Source: Nitrospirae bacterium JdFR-86
GTDB taxonomy: Bacteria; Nitrospirota; Thermodesulfovibrionia; Thermodesulfovibrionales; JdFR-86
Length of the DNA stretch: 64,000 bases
Assembly (NCBI GenBank): GCA_002011815.1
Contig: MTOV01000004.1
Span: forward strand, 41,872-105,871
Direction: 5' to 3'
This document shows, in pieces, positions 57,643 through 64,000 of the stretch. The first letter of the stretch is position 1, and each line of letters opens with the position of its first letter. The notes below the pieces were generated by a model that made no database searches, had not been told where the DNA came from, and was given only the letters and a program-made list of their open reading frames with translations. Both the position numbers and the translations under genes were made by a program.

Positions 57643-58062
57643 TTACTCCCCTATAATCTTCACAAGCACCCTTTTCCTTCTTCTTCCGTCGAATTCGCCG
57701 TAGAATATCTGCTCCCATGTGCCTAAATCGAGTTTTCCGTCTGTAACAGCCACCACTACCTCACGACCCATGAACTGCCTTTTTATGTGAGCATCCCCGT
57801 TGTCCTCGCCTGTTCTGTTATGCCTGTATCTTGAGACAGGCTCATGAGGGGCAAGCGTTTCAAGAAAATCGTCATAATCCTGAATAAGACCTGGTTCGTC
57901 ATCATTGATATAAACACTTGCTGTTATGTGCATGGCATTCACAAGGCAGAACCCTTCTTTTATACCGCTCTTTTTCACAGCCTCAGCCACCTGCGGGGTG
58001 ATGTTTATATACGCCCTTCTGGTTTTCGTGTTAAACCACAGTTCCTCACGATATGACTTCAT
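57643..58062 (-). CDS. yjbQ: YjbQ/UPF0047-family protein (secondary thiamine-phosphate synthase enzyme)
   Basis: Motifs are [27 protein letters not shown] and GTWQ. The product is 139 aa. Confidence 0.85.
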   Translation of the reverse strand: MKSYREELWFNTKTRRAYINITPQVAEAVKKSGIKEGFCLVNAMHITASVYINDDEPGLIQDYDDFLETLAPHEPVSRYRHNRTGEDNGDAHIKRQFMGREVVVAVTDGKLDLGTWEQIFYGEFDGRRRKRVLVKIIGE

Positions 58063-58139
58063 AAGAGCCTCCTTATCAATAAGCTTTAAGACGATATTAA
58101 TTATTTCTTACCTTTTAATCAATATGATATTATTCAATT

Positions 58140-58808
58140 ATGCCTTACAGGAAAACCGTCTTTCTTTTAATACTGGGCATTGTCCTCAGCCTGCCTGTGG
58201 CTTTGCAGGGAGAGCCTTCTTCAATCGTGTTCGACTTCAATGGAAAGCCTGACAAAAACAATGTCCCTGCAGGCTGGAAACTCAAAGTAAAAAAAGGAAA
58301 GGCAGACTTCAGGATATTTACAGAAGGCGATGAAAAAGTCCTCTGTTTTAAGAGTGTTAAATCCTCTTTTTCATTCCAGAGGAAAATAAATGTGGACATA
58401 CGCAGGTATCCATACATGATAATGAAATGGAAGGCTATAAGATTGCCTGCTGGTGGTGATGTCCGCAAAGGCAAGACCAATGATCAGGCTTTGCAGACAC
58501 TGATTGCGTTTAAAGGCAAAAAGGTCTTAAGCTATGTCTGGGACACCACAGCACCAGTAGGAACGGTAACTGATGAGTCTGTCCCCTGGCCTATAAGCCT
58601 TAAGATAAAAGTCCTTACAGTAAAGTCAGGAGATGCTGAACTCGGTCAATGGGTTACAGTCACGAGAAACATCTACGAGGACTTTAAGGAACTCTTTGGC
58701 TCTGAGCCTCCGCCTGCCGAGGGCTTAAGGGTGCAGATAAACTCCCAGCACACAGGCACTACTGCTGAAAGCTGTTTTGGAAAAGTAGTATTCAAAAAAA
58801 TGTTATAA
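58140..58808 (+). CDS. Secreted protein, probably DUF3047 family
   Basis: A signal peptide (LLILGIVLSLPVALQG) is present. YMIMKWKAIRLPAGGDVRKGKTNDQALQTLIAF resembles the DUF3047 core. The family call is from memory. Confidence 0.5.
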   Translation: MPYRKTVFLLILGIVLSLPVALQGEPSSIVFDFNGKPDKNNVPAGWKLKVKKGKADFRIFTEGDEKVLCFKSVKSSFSFQRKINVDIRRYPYMIMKWKAIRLPAGGDVRKGKTNDQALQTLIAFKGKKVLSYVWDTTAPVGTVTDESVPWPISLKIKVLTVKSGDAELGQWVTVTRNIYEDFKELFGSEPPPAEGLRVQINSQHTGTTAESCFGKVVFKKML

Positions 58809-58815
58809 TCTGCCT

Positions 58816-59352
58816 ATGCAGGAAAAATTCGACCGCGAAAAACTCATAATGGAGAAAGTTCGTATGGCGGATGAGGCAGAGATGATTCAGACAGAAGCCA
58901 TAAAACAGTACGTGCTCGAATTCCTGAAGACTGAAAAAGGCTACCTTCCAGAAGACATAGAAATAGACAAGAAATTTCAAATCAGCGTAAGCGACAGGGT
59001 CGAGACCGCATCCGTTGACTTCATCATAAACCTCGAAGGAAAAAGATTCATGACAGTGAAATGCTCCCTTGCGCTTGATTCAAGAGAAAGACATATACTG
59101 GCTTTCAGCAGGGTCGTGGATTCATACCAGATTCCGCTTGCTGTGGTCACAGACGGAAAAGAAGTGCGGATGATAGATACTGTATCAGGCAAGACCATCT
59201 CAGAAGATATAAACTCCATACCGTCAAGACAGGAAGCGTTAAGCCGTATTAAAGACGTGGAGTTCAGGGAATACCCTGCTGAAAAAATGGAAAAGGAAAA
59301 GAGAATCCTTATGGCGTTTGAATGCATCAGCTGTCCTGTAGATAAGTCATGA
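58816..59352 (+). CDS. HsdR-N-terminal-domain-like (PD-(D/E)xK-fold-like) small protein
   Basis: The pattern ...ASVDFIINLEGKRFMTVKC...PLAVVTDGKEV... resembles HSDR_N_2 proteins. The acidic residue of the ExK motif is Thr here. The stop overlaps the HDAC start (ATGA). Confidence 0.45.
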   Translation: MQEKFDREKLIMEKVRMADEAEMIQTEAIKQYVLEFLKTEKGYLPEDIEIDKKFQISVSDRVETASVDFIINLEGKRFMTVKCSLALDSRERHILAFSRVVDSYQIPLAVVTDGKEVRMIDTVSGKTISEDINSIPSRQEALSRIKDVEFREYPAEKMEKEKRILMAFECISCPVDKS

Positions 59353-60272
59353 AAAAAGTCGGCTTTATATATGACGATATATTTCTCAAGCACAATACAC
59401 CACAGTGGCATCCGGAATGCAAGGAAAGACTCATCTCTATAATCAATACCCTCAAAGGCTCTGACATCTGGAACGACCTCATACACATAGAACCCCAAAA
59501 AGCAGACTTTAAAGACATAGAGGCTGTCCATGTTCATTCATATGTCGAAAGGATTAAAACATTCGGGAAGGGCTATGCAGACCCTGACACATACATTTCA
59601 GAGGGGACTCTTGAGGCTTCGCTTTATGCTGCTGGTGCAGTAATAGAGGCAATCCAGAGATGCCACAGCGGAGATATACAGAGAGCATTCTGCGCAGTCA
59701 GACCTCCGGGACACCATGCAGAAGCAAACAGGGCAATGGGCTTTTGCATATTCAACAACATAGCAGTCGGCGCAAGATACGCACAGAGAATCGGATACAA
59801 AAAAGTTTTTATCATAGACTTTGATGTCCATCACGGAAACGGCACACAGCATATGTTTGAGGAAGACGACACTGTGTTCTACCTGAGCACTCATCAATAC
59901 CCGCACTACCCTGGCACTGGAAGTGAATCTGAAAAAGGCAAGGGCAAAGGCACAGGGTTTACAGTCAATATCCCTATGTCAGCAGGCTCAGGAGATGAAG
60001 AATACATTTATACCTATCGCAATACCGTGCCACGTCTTATTAAGGACTTTGCTCCAAATATCATCCTTGTCTCTGCAGGATACGACATACATATAAAAGA
60101 CCCGCTTTCTCAAATCAGAATCACAGAAGAAGGACTAAAAAACATCATCAAGGGCATACTGTCAGGCGCAGAAGTGCCTGTTGTCTTTTCACTTGAAGGC
60201 GGTTATGACCTTCAAGCCCTTGCAGATTCTGTTTTGCTTACTGTTAAAGAGCTCCTTGTTGACTCTGATTAA
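59349..60272 (+). CDS. Zn-dependent histone deacetylase-family protein (AcuC / acetylpolyamine amidohydrolase-like)
   Basis: Motifs are AVRPPGHHAE, GFCIFNN, IDFDVHHGNGTQ and SAGYD. Confidence 0.9.
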   Translation: MKKVGFIYDDIFLKHNTPQWHPECKERLISIINTLKGSDIWNDLIHIEPQKADFKDIEAVHVHSYVERIKTFGKGYADPDTYISEGTLEASLYAAGAVIEAIQRCHSGDIQRAFCAVRPPGHHAEANRAMGFCIFNNIAVGARYAQRIGYKKVFIIDFDVHHGNGTQHMFEEDDTVFYLSTHQYPHYPGTGSESEKGKGKGTGFTVNIPMSAGSGDEEYIYTYRNTVPRLIKDFAPNIILVSAGYDIHIKDPLSQIRITEEGLKNIIKGILSGAEVPVVFSLEGGYDLQALADSVLLTVKELLVDSD

Positions 60273-60277
60273 AATAA

Positions 60278-60286
60278 TGTTAAAAT
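60278..60286 (+). promoter_or_regulatory. Extended -10 (TGtTAAAAT) 5 nt before the receiver-SPOR gene ATG
   Basis: The sequence aaTGTTAAAATaagtgATG is the same 9-mer as at the cooC-like promoter. There is no SD. Confidence 0.4.
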
Positions 60287-60291
60287 AAGTG

Positions 60292-61620
60292 ATGCAGAAT
60301 AAGACTATCCTTGTAATAGACAAGGACTCTAAGGCTGTCTCCACTATTACATCCACGCTTGAACCTAAGGGATATTCTGTGTTCTCTGCCTCAAGTGCAG
60401 ATGTAGGACTTATAATGGCGAAAAAAATGAACCCCTCTCTCATCTTCGTTAATCTTGCAACACCAGGGACAAACGGACTGGAAATATGTAAAAGAATACA
60501 CGGGATTGATTATCTTAAAGACGTGCCTATAATACTTCTAACCCTTAGGGAAGGAAAACTAAACCCACAGTACAGAACCCTTTACGGCATTGTCGGATTC
60601 CTTAAGAAACCGTTAAATCCGGAAGAAATTATCCTAAAGACCAATCTTCTGCTCACACCGGACACTGAAGAGACAATCCAGACAGAACAGCCAGAACCTG
60701 AGGCAGAGCAGGAACAGACACTACAACCTGATGAAACAGAACAGAAAACCGAAGAACCATCCTCTGAGCCGGTAGAGAAAGAGCCAGAAACCGGCGAAGA
60801 ACCACCCGCAGAAACAACAGAAGCTCCACCTGAAACCGAAGAGGAAACACTTATAGAACCTAAAGAAGCATTGTCCGAAGCAGAGAAAAAAACACTCGAT
60901 AAGGCAATAGAAGCCCTGTCTGATACAGAAAAAGAATCTCCTGCTGAAAGCACTGAAGAAACCCCTGAAACTGAGAAACAAGAAGAGGAGAAAGAGGAAG
61001 AGAAAGAAGAAGAAGAAAAGGAAGAGGAAGAATTTGAAACAGTCTTGAAAAAAGAAACCGAGGAAGACTCAACTCCTCCGGTGGAAATAGAAAATCCTGA
61101 CTTCGTGCAAAAGAAAAAGACAACGAAAATGACTCTGCCTATTGCAGCTACAGCCGTAGTAGTAATTGCGCTTATAGTGTTCTTTTACACATTCACAGGG
61201 AAAAGCAAGAAAGAAAACATACCTGCACAGCCTGCCATAGCACCAGAAGAAACAGTGCTTCCTGCCTTACCTGAAAAACCGAAAGCAGAGACCGAAGCCC
61301 TCTTACCTGAAGAAACACCCCAGCCTGCTGAGCCTGAAAAACAAACTCAGGAGAGTAAAGACACAACAGCTCTTCAGAAAAAATCTTATTATATTCAGTT
61401 CGGTGTATTCAGGTCAGAGAAAAACGCAAAAGCTCTTGCAGGAAAACTAAACAATGAAGGGCTTGAAGTCTCTATCCTCAAGAGCACTCTTAAAGGCAAA
61501 ACAGTTTACAGAGTGCTTTTAACAGATGAGTTCGACAGCAAACAGACTGCACTCAAAAAAGCCGCACAGATTAAACGCACAAAGAGGCTCGATACAGCAG
61601 TATTCTCTTTAGACTCGTGA
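60292..61620 (+). CDS. Pseudo-receiver domain / acidic low-complexity linker / TM / SPOR-domain protein
   Basis: The receiver fold reads ILVIDKD...LIFVNLATPG...IILLT...FLKKP, with Asn54 where the phospho-Asp is expected. An E/P/T-rich region follows, then TM LPIAATAVVVIALIVFFYTF. The C-terminal SPOR reads YYIQFGVFRSEKNAKALAGKL...YRVLL. The start is taken as ATG 60292. Confidence 0.75.
   Translation: MQNKTILVIDKDSKAVSTITSTLEPKGYSVFSASSADVGLIMAKKMNPSLIFVNLATPGTNGLEICKRIHGIDYLKDVPIILLTLREGKLNPQYRTLYGIVGFLKKPLNPEEIILKTNLLLTPDTEETIQTEQPEPEAEQEQTLQPDETEQKTEEPSSEPVEKEPETGEEPPAETTEAPPETEEETLIEPKEALSEAEKKTLDKAIEALSDTEKESPAESTEETPETEKQEEEKEEEKEEEEKEEEEFETVLKKETEEDSTPPVEIENPDFVQKKKTTKMTLPIAATAVVVIALIVFFYTFTGKSKKENIPAQPAIAPEETVLPALPEKPKAETEALLPEETPQPAEPEKQTQESKDTTALQKKSYYIQFGVFRSEKNAKALAGKLNNEGLEVSILKSTLKGKTVYRVLLTDEFDSKQTALKKAAQIKRTKRLDTAVFSLDS
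60980..61032. repeat. 53-nt uninterrupted polypurine tract (GAA/GAG-rich) inside the acidic linker coding region
   Basis: Read directly: every base from 60980 to 61032 is A or G on the plus strand. It encodes EEEKEEEKEEEEKEEEE. Confidence 0.9.
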
Positions 61621-62847
61621 CTGCTTTTTTATATTCGGCGTTCCTGCTCTGATAAAACTTACGATTATTAAACCGATAAGGAAGAAAAGCGTAACTGACA
61701 AAATTGCAGGTCTCTGGCTTTCCATTGTCGCTGAAATATACCCGAACAAAAACGGACCGATGACTGACGAGGACTTTCCTACCATTGAGTAAACACCGAA
61801 GTATTCGGATTCGTGTCCGCGAGGAATGAACTGGATAAAAAACGCCCTTGAAGCTGCCTGCACTGTCCCAAGCCCAATACCTGCCACTGAGGCTATAAAC
61901 CAGAAATGGATTTTTTCAGTCACAAAAAAGGCAAACACACAGACAGCACTCCAGAGAACCAAAGATATCAAAACGACTTTTTTCGGTCCCCAGAAATCAA
62001 CAGGCCTTGCCATAACAAAAGCACCTATAAGCGCTGTCAGCTGCACAGCTATATAAAGCAATATCAGTTCCTCTGGTTTAAACCCCAACGTGGTGGCGGC
62101 AAACAGGCTTGAAAACACAATAACCGTGCTTACGCCGTCTGCATACATGAGATAGGCAATAAGAAATTTTCTTGATTCCCTGTCCTTCCATATCTTCTTC
62201 AGGGTATTCCATGTGTATTTCATACCTGCTGACACTGCATCCCTGAATCTCCCTGTCCTTCTGTCAGGAGGAAGATAAACAAAGGCAGGAATCGAACACA
62301 GGGCAAACAACCCTGAGACCATAAGCCATGTCTCATTCAAAAGCCCTCTGTTTACAAGCGGCATTGCAAACATAAGGGACAGTATCGAACCAGCATACCC
62401 CACGGCATAACCCCACGAGGACACCCTGCCCTGATATTCCTTTACTGCTATCTCAGGCAGAAAAGAATTGTAAAAAACCATTCCGCCTTCCATTCCAATA
62501 TTTGCTATGACAACAAGCACAAATCCCTCTATTACCATCCCTTTTTGAAGAAACGAAAGCATGGCAACAGATGATATGCACAAAAGCGTGAAGCTGAAGA
62601 GAAACCTCTTTCTCATACCGAAAAAATCAGCAATGCCGCCTAAAACAGGCGAGGTCAAGGCTATCGTTATCATGCTTAAAGAAACCGCCCTGCCCCACCA
62701 TAAATCCCCAATGCCGGTTTCATTGCCTACGATATGATTTGCATAATACACAGGGAATATAACAGCAGCAATAACAGCAGAATAAGTGGAATTTGCAAAA
62801 TCAAAAAGACACCAGCTTATTATCTGCTTTTTGTTGGCAATAGGCAT
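61609..62847 (-). CDS. MFS transporter (UMF1/Atg22-like family)
   Basis: There are about 12 TM helices. The N-terminal WCLFDFANSTYSAVI motif is typical of UMF1-type MFS. Confidence 0.85.
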   Translation of the reverse strand: MPIANKKQIISWCLFDFANSTYSAVIAAVIFPVYYANHIVGNETGIGDLWWGRAVSLSMITIALTSPVLGGIADFFGMRKRFLFSFTLLCISSVAMLSFLQKGMVIEGFVLVVIANIGMEGGMVFYNSFLPEIAVKEYQGRVSSWGYAVGYAGSILSLMFAMPLVNRGLLNETWLMVSGLFALCSIPAFVYLPPDRRTGRFRDAVSAGMKYTWNTLKKIWKDRESRKFLIAYLMYADGVSTVIVFSSLFAATTLGFKPEELILLYIAVQLTALIGAFVMARPVDFWGPKKVVLISLVLWSAVCVFAFFVTEKIHFWFIASVAGIGLGTVQAASRAFFIQFIPRGHESEYFGVYSMVGKSSSVIGPFLFGYISATMESQRPAILSVTLFFLIGLIIVSFIRAGTPNIKKQSRV

Positions 62848-62938
62848 ACAACACTACTGTAATATTCACTGTCTAAATTGTCAAAAGGGACACAGGCTTT
62901 TTCTATATAAGTCCTCTGCTAAGGTATAATAGAAGTCT

Positions 62939-63439
62939 ATGGATGACGAAATCCTTGAAGTGGTAAACGAGCAGGGAGAAGTCTTAAGACTTGCACCCCG
63001 GTCTGAAATACACGGAAACCCCTCGCTGATTCATCGCGTGGTGCATGTACTTGTCTTTAACGAAAAAGGTGAACTGCTTCTGCAGAAGCGTTCATTAAAA
63101 AAAGACGTTGCACCGGGCAGATGGGATACATCCGTCGGCGGACATGTAAACCCCGGAGAAAGCCTCATTGAGGCAGCTAAAAGAGAAATGAAAGAGGAAC
63201 TTGGAATAGATTCCGAGCCTGAGTTTCTCTACTCTTATATCCATACGAACCCTTATGAGACAGAGCTCGTCTACACGTTTTCATGCACGTATGAAGGCAG
63301 TGTCTCATTCAATAAAGACGAGATTGATGAGGTCAAGTTCTGGAGTATCGAAGAAATCATGGGACACATGGATGGAACAACCCTGAGCGATAACTTCAAG
63401 CAGGAAATCTCCACCTACCTGAGTAAGATAAAACAGTAA
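62939..63439 (+). CDS. NUDIX hydrolase (Idi-like subfamily architecture, lacking the Idi catalytic Cys)
   Basis: The Nudix box is GGHVNPGESLIEAAKREMKEELGI. TATAAT at 62925-62930 lies 8 nt before the ATG. Confidence 0.85.
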   Translation: MDDEILEVVNEQGEVLRLAPRSEIHGNPSLIHRVVHVLVFNEKGELLLQKRSLKKDVAPGRWDTSVGGHVNPGESLIEAAKREMKEELGIDSEPEFLYSYIHTNPYETELVYTFSCTYEGSVSFNKDEIDEVKFWSIEEIMGHMDGTTLSDNFKQEISTYLSKIKQ

Positions 63440-64000
63440 CTATACCCCTCGCCTGTCAGCACCGAAAATATACTTATGCATCTGAAGGTTAAGCCTTACA
63501 TTAAGCCTGTCCTCAAGAATCCACTTTGAAAGTGTCTCTGGATGAAGTCTGCCGAATGCAGGAGACAGAGAAACCTTGCACCTTTCTGCAAGCGAATGTA
63601 TTGCCATGAAGTCCTTTGCCCAGTCGTAGTCAGCCCTGTCAAGAATAACGAATTTTACTTCATCGGACGGCCTAAGATAATCAAGATTAGATAAATCCAT
63701 TTTTTCGAACATACCGCTTTGAGGGGTCTTTATATCAAGTATCAGTGTTGCCCTTGGGTCAACATCCTTAATGCTTACGCTTCCGTTTGTCTCTACAAGC
63801 ACGGTATAGCCTTCATCTGCAAGCCTTTTTATCAGATGAAAGACTTCTTTTTGAAGAAGCGGTTCTCCGCCTGTAATCTCCACAAGACTAATGCCTGCAC
63901 TTAAGACCCTGCCCATTATCTCGTCCTCTGAAAGCTCTGTGCCTTCGTCATAAGCATAAGTCGTATCGCAATACACGCACCTGAGATTACATCCGGAAAG
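63440..64000 (-). CDS. queE: 7-carboxy-7-deazaguanine synthase (radical SAM), N-terminus beyond window edge
   Basis: The reverse translation at the window edge gives ...GCNLRCVYCDTTYAYD (CxxxCxxC). ITGGEPLLQ follows. The ORF is open to base 64000. Confidence 0.85.
   Translation of the reverse strand, partial: LSGCNLRCVYCDTTYAYDEGTELSEDEIMGRVLSAGISLVEITGGEPLLQKEVFHLIKRLADEGYTVLVETNGSVSIKDVDPRATLILDIKTPQSGMFEKMDLSNLDYLRPSDEVKFVILDRADYDWAKDFMAIHSLAERCKVSLSPAFGRLHPETLSKWILEDRLNVRLNLQMHKYIFGADRRGV

Noticed and set aside
1-64000. Scan for CRISPR arrays, IS elements, integrases, long direct or inverted repeats, and defence-system hallmarks (nucleases with ATPases, reverse transcriptase, TIR/SIR2, toxin-antitoxin pairs)
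   Set aside because: None was recognised by eye. The only repeat-like sequence is the coding low-complexity region at about 60650-61080. A computational repeat search would be needed to be certain.

Overview
Densely coding, chromosomal-looking bacterial window with about 70 protein genes, one tRNA-Ser(GGA) and an SRP (4.5S-type) RNA. Intergenic gaps are mostly under 150 bp. I saw no rRNA, CRISPR array, transposase, integrase or prophage signature. All product calls come from recognising motifs in the supplied translations; no database search was run.

Gene content, in order:
- 1-3402: a NuoF/NuoF'/NuoG-like soluble Fe-S flavoprotein module.
- 3505-8037: scpA, a CPA2 (Kef-type) antiporter, a TPR protein and tsaD.
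- 8084-9696: a Crp/Fnr regulator next to a small redox-looking cluster.
- 9714-17894 (minus strand): a tightly coupled galT-like, glgA, 1392-aa multi-GAF/PAS histidine kinase, CheY-like receiver and RumA-type methyltransferase.
- 19022-31000: tRNA-Ser, lipA, ffs-dnaX-ybaB-recR, sixA-like, mtaD and proS.
- 31136-34818: a B12-radical SAM gene, trxA, a tlpA-like gene and ffh.
- 34868-45013 (minus strand): a long run pheA-hisC-DAHP synthase-tyrA-aroA-cmk-plsC-ispH-rpsA-sppA-ihfB.
- 46958-51286: a C1/folate cluster (cooC-like, 5-FCL, folE, folD, metV, metF).
- 51376-64000: LPS heptose genes, class II RNR, pdxJ, acpS, yjbQ, an HDAC-family gene, a receiver-SPOR protein, an MFS transporter, a NUDIX gene and partial queE.

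The gene set suggests an anaerobic diderm (Wood-Ljungdahl-type methyl-branch genes, class II RNR, LPS heptosyltransferases). The lineage is only an inference.

This is mostly housekeeping DNA and I found no clear novel multi-gene system. The observations most worth a second look are:
1. A convergent gene pair sharing an uncharacterised Cys4/His module.
2. A Crp/Fnr-adjacent mini-cluster with an unlisted 42-aa zinc-ribbon-like ORF and a class-II-positioned TGA-N6-TCA box.
3. A recurrent -10 box placed 5-9 nt from start codons, implying many leaderless mRNAs.
4. A pseudo-receiver/acidic-linker/TM/SPOR protein.
5. The glycogen-gene/giant-kinase/RNA-methyltransferase operon.
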